NCBI GenBank assembly: GCA_002352465.1
Contig: DEIN01000014.1
Location: 4,429-68,428 of the forward strand
From: Patescibacteria group bacterium UBA2773
Lineage (GTDB): Bacteria > Patescibacteriota > Minisyncoccia > Moranbacterales > DUUL01
DNA: 64,000 nucleotides
Direction: 5' to 3'
In this document: piece by piece, positions 30,691 to 40,339 of the stretch
Layout: each line of letters opens with the position of its first letter
Numbering within the stretch: position 1 is the first letter of the stretch
Program-made: the position numbers and the translations under genes
The notes under the pieces: generated by a model
Seen by the model: only the letters and a program-made list of their open reading frames with translations
Told to the model about the DNA's origin: nothing
The model's database searches: none

Positions 30691-30897
30691 ATGAATAATC
30701 TAAACTCGTTTGATTGGATTGCCATTCTTTTATTGACAATCGGAGGTTTGAATTGGGGTTTAGTAGAAGCTTTCAATTTTGATTTAGTTGCTACTATTTT
30801 CGGTGATATATCCGCTTTATCAAGGATTGTTTATACTATTGTTGGTATTTCAGCTATCTACGTTTTGACTCTCTCGATGAAACTCAAAAAAAATTGA
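30691..30897 (+). CDS. DUF378 family small membrane protein
   Basis: SD AAGGAGG, ATG 30691; IGGLNWGL...FDLVATIFG...RIVYTIVG. Confidence 0.85.
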   Translation: MNNLNSFDWIAILLLTIGGLNWGLVEAFNFDLVATIFGDISALSRIVYTIVGISAIYVLTLSMKLKKN

Positions 30898-30910
30898 ATT
30901 TCAAAACCCA

Positions 30911-30945
30911 AAAAAGACAGTCCTCCTCTCCAAGACTGTCTTTTT
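30911..30945 (+). terminator. Rho-independent terminator
   Basis: aaaaagacagtc/gactgtcttttt. Confidence 0.7.
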
Positions 30946-30967
30946 ATTTATATAAATTACGCAAAAC

Positions 30968-31005
30968 AAAAAGGCGGATAACTTTCGAAGCTTTCCGCCC
31001 TTTTT
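30968..31005 (-). terminator. Terminator downstream of the barrel gene
   Basis: aaggcgga...tccgccctt flanked by A/T tracts. Confidence 0.6.
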
Positions 31006-31020
31006 ATGTTTTACATATTA

Positions 31021-32427
31021 TTAAAAAAAATATTTCAATCCAACAAAAAATGCATTGGCTTGAGAATATTTTCCCCAAAAAGATTTCTGGGAACCATCGA
31101 CCAGTTGAACTCCAAATTCAATTTCAAAATCATCCTGAAAATAGATTATTTTTGGTCGAACAAAATAATCACCTTTTGAGATTCCTTGAATTCCTTCAAT
31201 CTCAATTTTCCAAGGACTTCCGGCTCCTTTTTCATAAGAAATCCGAGTCAAAACTGAATTCCTTAGATCTCTCCGGAAATCAGTGACTTTCAAAATTGAT
31301 TTGTCTTTTGAAATAATTTCTTCATTAGTATATTGGATTAACATACTCAAAATATCAGTAAGCTGCAAGAGTCCTTCGAATTCTCTCCTGATTCCCACTA
31401 CATACTGAATAAAATCATCACCCTTTTCTTGCTCATAATGTCCCAACTCTCCTTTGAGAATATAGCCACCGACTTCTCCAATCGCCGACAGCGAATAAAC
31501 TTTTTCTTCTGAATATCGGAGCTCCGATGTAGCTCCGTTCATCAGTCCATAAGGATTATAACTAACTCCATCATAAAATGAAGCTGTCCAGTCGACCCCC
31601 TGCCAATTTAATCCAGCTCTCAATGCATACTGCACTTGATTTTCATCAATTATTTCCCGAGCAGAAACGCCTTGAGGCAAATCCTCTTGCCATCTTCCTT
31701 TCGGCAGTTTTGAAGCCGTAAATTTCGGAACCATGACTACTTCAAAAAAATAATCATCAACATCAAATCTCCAATCTATAGCCGGAATTCCGACTCTCTT
31801 CCAATCTGCGATTGAAACCCAATCTCGAGCCGACAGATTGTCCATCGGTGAAATTGTATCAGCCACGGACCAATCAAAAATTTGCTTCCCAATCCTCAGG
31901 CTTACTCTTTCACCATTCCAGCAAAAATAACCTTCTTCCAAATCAGCTAACCATCGTTCATTTTTCTCAGTAAAACGATTGATTGTTCCCGTTGAATAAC
32001 TCTCCGTATCAAAACTGAAAACACCTTTCAAAAAAACTGAAATTGAATCATTAAAAATTACTTCAGCCTCTGGCTTAATTTCAATTTCCAGAAAACCTTG
32101 CTTGCTTTTTTCAGATTTCTCTTCATAAAAAATCGCTTTGGTCTCAATCATCAAGTCAAGACTTAAATCGGCAATCAATGATTTCTCTATCTTTTTTTTA
32201 TCTACAATTAAAGTAGACTCTAAATTTTCAACTTTTTTTCCAGGATCTTGAGGATAGCCAGAATGGTCAACCCGTATGTCCTCTTTTAGTTGTTCTTTAC
32301 GAGCTTCTAGACCAGCTAAATCAATCGACGACAAATAATTAACACTCGGTTTTTTCTGTTCAAAAGCACAACTGCTCAAAAAACAAAAAAATAACCCAGT
32401 TAATATCAATCTAATTATTTTTTCCAT
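31021..32427 (-). CDS. Predicted outer-membrane beta-barrel protein with lipoprotein-type signal
   Basis: Signal ...FLSS-C; alternating beta-strand pattern (LRIGKQIFDW, YVVGIRREF, IEFGVQL); C-terminal FFVGLKYFF beta-signal. Confidence 0.72.
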   Translation of the reverse strand: MEKIIRLILTGLFFCFLSSCAFEQKKPSVNYLSSIDLAGLEARKEQLKEDIRVDHSGYPQDPGKKVENLESTLIVDKKKIEKSLIADLSLDLMIETKAIFYEEKSEKSKQGFLEIEIKPEAEVIFNDSISVFLKGVFSFDTESYSTGTINRFTEKNERWLADLEEGYFCWNGERVSLRIGKQIFDWSVADTISPMDNLSARDWVSIADWKRVGIPAIDWRFDVDDYFFEVVMVPKFTASKLPKGRWQEDLPQGVSAREIIDENQVQYALRAGLNWQGVDWTASFYDGVSYNPYGLMNGATSELRYSEEKVYSLSAIGEVGGYILKGELGHYEQEKGDDFIQYVVGIRREFEGLLQLTDILSMLIQYTNEEIISKDKSILKVTDFRRDLRNSVLTRISYEKGAGSPWKIEIEGIQGISKGDYFVRPKIIYFQDDFEIEFGVQLVDGSQKSFWGKYSQANAFFVGLKYFF

Positions 32428-32453
32428 CCTGTCCTCCTTCGTAACTTTTTCAT

Positions 32454-33221
32454 CTACTGAAAGAATTTTTTAGTAAATACCCAAGCTGGAATTTTTACAT
32501 TAGCTTCTCTCTTTACGACCTGAAAATAGGTTGTTCTTTTGAGAAACTTATTTATAATTTTGACTGAATTCGGCCTCCAGGCCTTTCCGTAAAATTGAAA
32601 ATCTTTATTAATTTGAATTTTTTCAACTCGACCTGAATTCCAATACTCAATCTCCAAATAAGCCAAAGTTTCCTTCGAAATCTTAATAATTCTTTTCTCA
32701 TAAACAACCTCTTCTAGATTTTTTGGCAAACTTTCAACTATCCATTGTTTCAAATCTTCTCCGATAATCCGATACTTATAATCAGTAATAGTTTCTCCAG
32801 ATAATTCCTTTGTGTCTTTATAAGTAAAGTCAGTATTAACAAATGGTTTTTCAGGAAAATCAGCTACTGGTCTATCCTTACTCCACCTTCTCAATTTGAG
32901 ACGAATCTCAGAACTCTTAAGATCTCTTAAAATCTGCAATTTGGTTCCTTTGATTCTTTTTGGAGACTTCAATTCAATAGAAACGCCATCATTATTGGCG
33001 TCAAACCTCATCCAACGAATTAAAGATTTTTCTTCTTTAGAACCTTTATCGGACTCAACAATTATTCTAGCCGTTTCTATCTCAGTTCCAATTGATCTAA
33101 ATCGGTCCCAACTCTCCTCCACAATTTCTAAGACTGGTCGGGAAATCTCGGATTGTCCTTGAAAGACTAATCCCAAAACAATAAAAAATACGACATTAAT
33201 CTGACAAATAATTTTTAACAT
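32454..33221 (-). CDS. Outer-membrane lipoprotein-sorting (LolA-like) protein
   Basis: Signal peptide; SPKRIKGTKLQ, PFVNTDFTYKD, YEKRIIKI, EIEYW and VFTKKFF. SD AAGGAG before ATG 33221. Confidence 0.8.
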   Translation of the reverse strand: MLKIICQINVVFFIVLGLVFQGQSEISRPVLEIVEESWDRFRSIGTEIETARIIVESDKGSKEEKSLIRWMRFDANNDGVSIELKSPKRIKGTKLQILRDLKSSEIRLKLRRWSKDRPVADFPEKPFVNTDFTYKDTKELSGETITDYKYRIIGEDLKQWIVESLPKNLEEVVYEKRIIKISKETLAYLEIEYWNSGRVEKIQINKDFQFYGKAWRPNSVKIINKFLKRTTYFQVVKREANVKIPAWVFTKKFFQ

Positions 33222-33250
33222 AGTAATCTCCTTTGACAAATCTAATTAAG

Positions 33251-33280
33251 GATGAGTCTGGTGTTTTTGCCAGACTCATC
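33251..33280. terminator. Intergenic stem-loop within the operon
   Basis: gatgagtctgg/ccagactcatc, 11-bp stem. Confidence 0.5.
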
Positions 33281-33312
33281 TCATTCTTAAGTTTATTGAT
33301 TTTTTATCGCTT

Positions 33313-35814
33313 CTAGTTTTGATGAAGATTTATTTCGTCAACACATCCATAAAGAAGCCCAGCCATCATAACCAAGGCTCCAAATCCACAAGTAAACATC
33401 ATAAAAACCATCATCATCCCAGTTAATTTAATTGGGTAAAAGCTAGAAAACATTAAAAAGGAAAAAACAAAAGCGTTATTGACAATATCGGCTACATTGA
33501 CTTTTCCCTTTTCAACAAGTGCTTCATAAAGTGCTCCTTCAAAAGTTGCCCCTCGCTTCAGTGCTTCAATAAAAACACCAATAAAATGCAAGTTAAAATC
33601 AATAGACGCACTAATGGACAGTGGCCCGATACATCCCATAGATTGATCCAACGGGATTCCGCTTATAGCCATAAAATAAACTATACTAGAACAGGCGAAA
33701 GCATATGGAACTCCCATTACAGCTCCTGTTCTACCCCCAGCCAATCGATAATGTTGCTTTTCAGTATCTCCTCCTTTACCCATACAATATACCCATCCTC
33801 CGGCCATAAAAGCTATGAGGAAATAAGAGCTTACTACGTTGATAGGTTGATTTCTCTGTATTTTTTTGTCTGACTGGTGATATTCGTGCAATCGACCATA
33901 AGGTAGACAAACCAAAGGATCAAGATTAAAATCAGATAACTGCAACCTTTCAACAAAAACTTTTTGATAAAGATTAGGACTAACTATTCCAATAACTTCT
34001 TCCGCTTGTCTTTCTATATTATTAGAATTCGCAGCTGGGATAAAAACATTTAAAGCGATGCCTTCATCACAAAAATTATTTTTCTGCACTAAATAACTCT
34101 GATCCGTTTCAATCAAGAAAAAAATATCTTCAGCCTCCTCCCTAGTTCGAGGAAGATCGACTCCCCATTCTACTCTAGAAATATATACAACAGAAGAAAT
34201 TACCGAAAACGCTTCTCTTACCCCTTCTATTTTAAGAATCTGCTTTTTAGCTTGATAGCATCTTCTTAAAAATTCTGGATCATAAATGTCGCCTTTAATG
34301 AAAAAAGTCAAATTACCAAACCCACATCTTCCTGACTGATTCAAAAATTGACTAGATACTTCGCCACTAGTTCCTTTCATATAACTCGTAGGATTTGTTC
34401 CTAAGTTTATATAAGGTTCTTCTTTTAACTCAGGATTGACATACGCCCAATAATCATGAACTACAATAAAAAGTGCACCTCCAATATACAATACATTAAA
34501 AACAATTATGATCCACATTGTTTTTCGAGAAGAAAAACGAGTCAACAACCAATAGCAACCCTTGATAACCCAAACTGAAAAACGATTTCCTTTCTGAACT
34601 AAATAGCCAGGATCTTTCTCAATAACTTCCCCACCCCAAAGCATATGCAGAGTTGGAATAATAATTCTGGTTATCAATAAAAGATAAAATATTCCCAAAG
34701 ATGCCAAAATCCCAAATTCAGCCAACCCTCTAACGCCGTTTCCAAGCAATGTCAAAAAACCAAAAATGGAAATTGCACTGACTATATCAAGATTACTATT
34801 AAATTTTTTAGTAGCACTCCAGCTTTCGCTAGAAGTTAATTTCGGAAAAAGTCTTCTATGGTCATTATAGGCTTCAAATTTTCGAGTAGAAAATGAGATT
34901 CCATTAATAATCATACAACTATCAACCAAAAGTATGTAAACCCGCTCCTTTATGGGACTACCAAAAAGCTCAAAACCGCAAAGATACAAAATACCGATAC
35001 TCCCTCTAACGATAATGAATCCTGATAATATAGCCACATAACATAATATGGTTTGTTTGTGAGATCCATTTAAAGAATAAGCAACCGGATACAAAAATAC
35101 CAATGCTGTTACCGAACATAAAAGGATCGACGTTTTCAAAATAGCCGTTAAAATTCTCCGAAAAATTCCCCACCCTCGAAGTATAACTCCTTCAAATTCA
35201 TTAACAGGCTTTATGTCATTTTTAATAGTTCTCCATTTCCAATCTGGAATTTTTTGCTTTTCCAGAAAATTTGCCATTTTATTTCCCAATTCAATTTCAT
35301 CATAATCAGAATCAAGATCAATAATTATTTGAAAATAATCAAAATTTCTCCCTACAAAAAGTCCAAATGATCCAGGGTCTTTTTCAATTTCTTTTTTCCA
35401 ATTTTCAATGTCAAAATCAGGAGAATTAAGTTCTTCTTCATTAACGTGAGGAATCCCCAACTTTTTTGATTTAGAGTATTGAGGAACAATTGCCAAACTA
35501 GTGACGCCATATTTTGGAAACTCCCTTTTAACTTTACCACTAATTTCCAAAAGATCTCTAAGCTTTTCTTTAGTCACTCCTTTGGGTAAAGGAATTACTA
35601 ATCCAATTTTATCCCCTCCCTGAAAACCAGTTGTTTTTATCAAACCTCTAACTACCAGAGCTGCTCGGGAATAAAAATCATTTTTGGTAAGATTGCTGTT
35701 GGCCACCATATCCCCTTCTGGGCCATATTGAATTGCCAATAAATAAATTACTAAAAAAGCAAAAAAGCAAAATGCGATTTTTTTTTTGCTAAGTCTCCAC
35801 TTGACAATATCCAT
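33313..35814 (-). CDS. Divergent MMPL/RND family transporter
   Basis: Two repeats of TM, large loop and TM bundle; SISASIDFNLHF resembles the MMPL GxxxDYxIH motif; SD before ATG 35814. Confidence 0.78.
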   Translation of the reverse strand: MDIVKWRLSKKKIAFCFFAFLVIYLLAIQYGPEGDMVANSNLTKNDFYSRAALVVRGLIKTTGFQGGDKIGLVIPLPKGVTKEKLRDLLEISGKVKREFPKYGVTSLAIVPQYSKSKKLGIPHVNEEELNSPDFDIENWKKEIEKDPGSFGLFVGRNFDYFQIIIDLDSDYDEIELGNKMANFLEKQKIPDWKWRTIKNDIKPVNEFEGVILRGWGIFRRILTAILKTSILLCSVTALVFLYPVAYSLNGSHKQTILCYVAILSGFIIVRGSIGILYLCGFELFGSPIKERVYILLVDSCMIINGISFSTRKFEAYNDHRRLFPKLTSSESWSATKKFNSNLDIVSAISIFGFLTLLGNGVRGLAEFGILASLGIFYLLLITRIIIPTLHMLWGGEVIEKDPGYLVQKGNRFSVWVIKGCYWLLTRFSSRKTMWIIIVFNVLYIGGALFIVVHDYWAYVNPELKEEPYINLGTNPTSYMKGTSGEVSSQFLNQSGRCGFGNLTFFIKGDIYDPEFLRRCYQAKKQILKIEGVREAFSVISSVVYISRVEWGVDLPRTREEAEDIFFLIETDQSYLVQKNNFCDEGIALNVFIPAANSNNIERQAEEVIGIVSPNLYQKVFVERLQLSDFNLDPLVCLPYGRLHEYHQSDKKIQRNQPINVVSSYFLIAFMAGGWVYCMGKGGDTEKQHYRLAGGRTGAVMGVPYAFACSSIVYFMAISGIPLDQSMGCIGPLSISASIDFNLHFIGVFIEALKRGATFEGALYEALVEKGKVNVADIVNNAFVFSFLMFSSFYPIKLTGMMMVFMMFTCGFGALVMMAGLLYGCVDEINLHQN

Positions 35815-36013
35815 AAGAATCTCCCCTTTTAAGTTTATATGCAATTATCTTTTATTCTTTAATTCTTTAATTTTCAAGGTTCTATAAAAAAACAAAAGCA
35901 GCCTACAATGACTAACTTTTTTGTTTTGAGGGAATAATCCCTTTTACATCGAGAAAAAATAATCTTAAATTTTCCAACAGATGGAACTCTATTTATTATT
36001 TTTTCTTACTATA

Positions 36014-36042
36014 TTTATACACTATTTTCACAAGTTTGTAAA
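36014..36042 (-). promoter_or_regulatory. Putative promoter of the MMPL operon
   Basis: TTTACA-17 nt-TATAAA on the minus strand. Confidence 0.45.
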
Positions 36043-36092
36043 GGTTTGTGATGTGAAAAACAGAAGACAGAATACTTTTAATTAAAAATAAT

Positions 36093-38315
36093 TTAAGATT
36101 TTCTTGGTGATTTAAACTCTTTTTTTAATTCTACAAAAAATTGACTACCTTTTCCAACCCCCTCAGATTTAGCAAAAATTCTGCCGTCATGAGCATCAAC
36201 AATTTTCTTGCAAACATATAAGCCCAATCCAATTCCTTCAGTATTTAAACTACTGCTACCTTCTCCTCTTCTGAATTTATCAAATACATATTTAGCTTCG
36301 TCTTTTTCCATACCCTTTCCAGAATCAGATACAATCACTCGAATTTTATTACCAGCAAGCTCTATTTTAACTTCAATCCCGCCTTTTTGAGTATATTTAA
36401 CAGCATTATCAATTAGATTAGAAATTACTTCATGCATCTTGCTCCTATCAAAAACAAAAAGTGGAATTTTCTTATCCGATTTAATATATTTAATTTTTAA
36501 GCCTTGGTTCTCTGCCTCTAAACCAAAGTTATCAACTATATTTTTAACCATTTCAACAATATTATTTTTTTCAAAAGCAAAAGTAAAAGTCCCCGATTCG
36601 ATTCGAGACAAACTTAAAAGATCATTCACTAATTTAATAAGCCTTTCATTAGAAATAAAAATTTTCTTCAAAGCTTCATCAACATCTTTATTAATCTTCC
36701 CATAATCCCCATCTCTTATCAAAGAAATATAACCCTTAATTGAAGTTAACGGAGTTCTTAACTGATGAGAAGCGATGGAAATAAACTCATTCTTGGCCGA
36801 ATCCAAACGCTTAAGACTTCCATAAGCAACTGAAAGCTTTCTATTAGTAGAAGTTAAGTCGTCGTTAGCTTGCTTTACTTCTTTGGTGGCTTTTTTGACC
36901 GCTCTTTTCAAACGCACATTAAATGCTTTGACCTCAGAATAAAGTTGAGCATTCTCAATTGCCACCGCAGCTTGGCTAGCAATAATTTCTAAAACTTCCA
37001 AATCTTCATTATTATAGGCTTCTTCTGTTTCTTTATTGCCAAGAGCCAAAAGACCAATTACATTATTTTTAACTTTCAAAGGAATCAATAACGCCACTCC
37101 CAAAGAATCCAAAATATCAATCAAATTCTTAGTTTTTTCACTAACGTAAATATTTTTGATTTCTTCCGTGATAACTATTTGATTTTTATCAATAAAATTC
37201 TCTTCTATTACTAAATTTTTATCAAAAATATCCCCCTCCCTTGCGTTAAAACCTTTGTTGTAAAGCAATTCATATTTTTTAATATTTTCATTATAGGCCA
37301 AGACTCCAAAAGCCTTTGCATGTAAATTTTTAGAAAAAGTAGAATTTAAAAATTCATAAACCTTTTCTATGTTTAGAACAGTTTTCAGCTCATTGCTAGT
37401 TTTTAAAATTAATTTCTGACCATCATACAAAGAAGTAAAAAAATATTTATTAGCAAGTCTAAATAGTCTATTTTTAATAGAAGGAAAGATCGCTCCGATA
37501 AAGAAAATTATCATCAAATCCATCCAAAAAACAAACTCCGCAAAATATTTATTAGCAATAATTTTTAAAATTGAAGCTAAAGTGAAAACAACCCCGAAAG
37601 AAAGAAGATAAACAGAAGATTTTCTGAGCACAAATTTAATATCAAGCAATCGATATGTCACTATTGTATAAGAAAAAATTCCCAAGAAACCAATAATAAA
37701 AACGAATCCAAAAGGATAAAATTCAAAACCATAATTAACAATAAAATCAACAGCTGATAAAATATATAAAATTAAAGCCCACAAAATAAACTTGAGTTGA
37801 TGAAAGCGAATTCCTTTTTTTTTATTTTTAGTTTCATTGTAAGTCAACCAAAAAACTCTAAAAGTCAAAAGAATCAAAAAAACTAAAAACCAAGGATGCA
37901 AAAAACCAGCCTTAGGATAATATCCCCAAAAATAATCATAATAATTATTTATAAAAAAATTTGAAAAAATTAAAAAGCCTATAAAAACAAAAGTTACCAG
38001 ATAAGCTAAATTCAAAATTATCTTTTCTCCTTGATTTTTTACTTCTAAAAAAGATATATAGAAATGATAGAAAGTAACAGGAATAAATGAAATACCTACC
38101 CAACCGGTTTTGATTAAAATCTTCGATAAAAAATCGTGATTATCAGAAAAGAGTAAAAACCAACTAAATTGCCAAATAAAAGTCGCGATACACATCAAGA
38201 AAAAAGTAGCATTAACTGAAGATTGTCTATTTTTAAAATAAATAAATAAACCTAAAGAAAGAAATAAAATTGATGTTATAAAGGGTGGAATACTATAAAT
38301 ATTAAATAAACTCAT
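36093..38315 (-). CDS. Sensor histidine kinase: N-terminal multi-TM (HisKA_7TM-like), GAF, HisKA, HATPase
   Basis: About 9 TM helices; GAF (LLIPL...GLLALG...QAAVAIENAQLY); H-box SHQLRTPLT; NLIDNAVKYT, DSGKG and GIGLGL. Confidence 0.93.
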   Translation of the reverse strand: MSLFNIYSIPPFITSILFLSLGLFIYFKNRQSSVNATFFLMCIATFIWQFSWFLLFSDNHDFLSKILIKTGWVGISFIPVTFYHFYISFLEVKNQGEKIILNLAYLVTFVFIGFLIFSNFFINNYYDYFWGYYPKAGFLHPWFLVFLILLTFRVFWLTYNETKNKKKGIRFHQLKFILWALILYILSAVDFIVNYGFEFYPFGFVFIIGFLGIFSYTIVTYRLLDIKFVLRKSSVYLLSFGVVFTLASILKIIANKYFAEFVFWMDLMIIFFIGAIFPSIKNRLFRLANKYFFTSLYDGQKLILKTSNELKTVLNIEKVYEFLNSTFSKNLHAKAFGVLAYNENIKKYELLYNKGFNAREGDIFDKNLVIEENFIDKNQIVITEEIKNIYVSEKTKNLIDILDSLGVALLIPLKVKNNVIGLLALGNKETEEAYNNEDLEVLEIIASQAAVAIENAQLYSEVKAFNVRLKRAVKKATKEVKQANDDLTSTNRKLSVAYGSLKRLDSAKNEFISIASHQLRTPLTSIKGYISLIRDGDYGKINKDVDEALKKIFISNERLIKLVNDLLSLSRIESGTFTFAFEKNNIVEMVKNIVDNFGLEAENQGLKIKYIKSDKKIPLFVFDRSKMHEVISNLIDNAVKYTQKGGIEVKIELAGNKIRVIVSDSGKGMEKDEAKYVFDKFRRGEGSSSLNTEGIGLGLYVCKKIVDAHDGRIFAKSEGVGKGSQFFVELKKEFKSPRKS

Positions 38316-38357
38316 TTATTTTCATTTTGATTAAAATCTCTACTAATATATTAAATT

Positions 38358-38390
38358 AAAAAAGGACTTGTTGCAATGCAACAAGCCCTT
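38358..38390 (-). terminator. Terminator after the ACP gene
   Basis: Stem cttgttgca/tgcaacaag with a U-tract on the minus strand. Confidence 0.65.
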
Positions 38391-38414
38391 CTCTCTCTTT
38401 TCTGTCAACAAGCG

Positions 38415-38666
38415 CTACCGTTGAGCTATTAACTTCCTAACAGACTCCGTTATTGACCTCACCGTTAACTCTTTAAGATTAAAATCTTCCATGTTTATTT
38501 CAATCTTAAAAATATCCTCCAATCTCATTGAAAATTCAACAAGATTAAGCGAATCAAAACCCAGATCATTAATCAAATGATTTTCCAGCTTGATTTCACT
38601 TAACTTTAAATTGTCGACGAGTTCAACGATGGCGTTTTTAACTTTTTGATCTATGTTCATCTTCAT
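38415..38666 (-). CDS. Acyl carrier protein
   Basis: DLGFDSLNLVE phosphopantetheine site, LEDIFKIEI and TV; SD AAGGAGG. Confidence 0.9.
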   Translation of the reverse strand: MKMNIDQKVKNAIVELVDNLKLSEIKLENHLINDLGFDSLNLVEFSMRLEDIFKIEINMEDFNLKELTVRSITESVRKLIAQR

Positions 38667-38672
38667 GCCTCC

Positions 38673-39560
38673 TTATTTCGTAGAAATTTGCTCGATAGAA
38701 AATTTTATTAGATTAGCCAACAAATCTGGCATATCCTGACTCTTTCCATTTATATCAACATATACAATCTCTTGATGAGCCCTGATGTTAATAATTTCTT
38801 TCTTATTTTCCACAAGAGTTGTATACTCAGCCTCTAGAAAGAAACTACGCTCTGTCTCGCCCATCCCAATAACTTTAAGACGAACAATTACATCAGTCCC
38901 TCTTAAAACTGGTCTAAAATATTCATACTCAGCGTTTCTCGTCGCCAAGCCATAATGTCTAGACTTAATGTCTTCCAAAAAATTTGGAAGGAAAAAGATC
39001 CCAAATTCTTCCCTCGTATCACCGAATAATTCAGCAATTTTTGCTATCTCCAAATAACCCTGAGGAGACAAACTTCTAGTCACACTTAATTTATGAGGGA
39101 AAATACCGCTTTGAGTATTATCAAAATACTCAGGAATATTTTTTTGTTTAGTAAAAAATATTTTTTGCTGACCAATCGAATGAAGCTGATCACCTTCAAA
39201 AAATCTGGTCTCAAAAATAAAATATTCTTCGGTAGTTTCTTTTATTTTCAGCGTCACTTTTACAGTATCACCAAAATAAAAATTCTTAATATACCTAAAG
39301 CTTGTCCTTGTTAGAATTTTTCCTTGAACAAAAAAATTCTGATTTTTATATTGAGGAAGATACTTTAAGACAAAAAGTTCTCTCGCTTCCTCTAGAATTG
39401 ACAAAAACTCAGATTGATACATATTTCTTTCAGCATTTGTCCGCGAAAGAAAAACTGTAAAATCTGCTGAAAATTCACCTAAATCAAAAAGAGCCTCAAA
39501 AAAAGCTCTAACAAAGCCCATTTCTTCTTTAACTTTAACTTCTGCTTTTTTCGTTAACAT
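38673..39560 (-). CDS. Tandem hot-dog-fold (4HBT-like) thioesterase
   Basis: Two similar halves: RTNAERNMY...EEARELF...YIKNFYFGDTV and FGDTREEF...ATRNAEYEYFRPVLRG...QEIVYVD. SD AAGGAG. Confidence 0.75.
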   Translation of the reverse strand: MLTKKAEVKVKEEMGFVRAFFEALFDLGEFSADFTVFLSRTNAERNMYQSEFLSILEEARELFVLKYLPQYKNQNFFVQGKILTRTSFRYIKNFYFGDTVKVTLKIKETTEEYFIFETRFFEGDQLHSIGQQKIFFTKQKNIPEYFDNTQSGIFPHKLSVTRSLSPQGYLEIAKIAELFGDTREEFGIFFLPNFLEDIKSRHYGLATRNAEYEYFRPVLRGTDVIVRLKVIGMGETERSFFLEAEYTTLVENKKEIINIRAHQEIVYVDINGKSQDMPDLLANLIKFSIEQISTK

Positions 39561-39691
39561 GAAAGCTCCTTTATTAAATTTTCAAAGTAAATTTTTCGTT
39601 ACAAAATTCCGGATTAATTTTAAAAATAAAATCAACACGCAATTTTCTAAAATATTTCAAGAATCTTTCGAAACTAATTCAATTGATAATT

Positions 39692-39901
39692 CTATTTATC
39701 GCAACAGACAACCACCAGCGAAATCAACCAAATAATCAACATACTTCCTATCAAAACCATTAATTTAACTAATAAAGCTTCTAATTCTGAATTATCAAGT
39801 CCCGCGCTCATTTTCAAATAATTTATTCCAATCGCTCCAGTAAAAAATAAGAAAACAATTGTTTCAACTTTAAACCAAATTGATAATTCTTTCTTTTTCA
39901 T
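39692..39901 (-). CDS. Small two-TM protein
   Basis: Hydrophobic 69-aa ORF. Confidence 0.5.
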   Translation of the reverse strand: MKKKELSIWFKVETIVFLFFTGAIGINYLKMSAGLDNSELEALLVKLMVLIGSMLIIWLISLVVVCCDK

Positions 39902-40339
39902 TTTTTTGTTTTAATTTTTTATTTTTTTTCAAAAATCAATTTATCAATAAATTTACACAAAAACCAAGCGAAAAGCTTGGTTTTTTATTTTATCTTCATT
40001 TTTTTCAATTTGTATTTCTCGCCCCAACCCAAAATATTCATTTCTGCGACCAAGAAATCTTTTTATATATATATCTATTTTTTTAAATAAATATTTTTTC
40101 ATTTGATCTGAATTAATTACTTATTCCAGATGTTAATATTATGACTTGTAAAAAAATATTTGTCAAGGTAAAATGAAACAAAATTATATAACAATCTTAA
40201 AATCCTTTTAAACAAAAGCTTTTTACTATTAATTTTAATTAAATAATTTTGAACATTTTAAAATAACTTCCATAAAAAATTTGCAACTTTAACAAAAATA
40301 TGGCATAATTCAACACTATTAAAATTTTAGATTAATCGA

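Noticed and set aside
31021-39560. Prophage or integrative element boundaries around the cluster
   Set aside because: No integrase, transposase, tRNA or flanking direct repeat could be seen.
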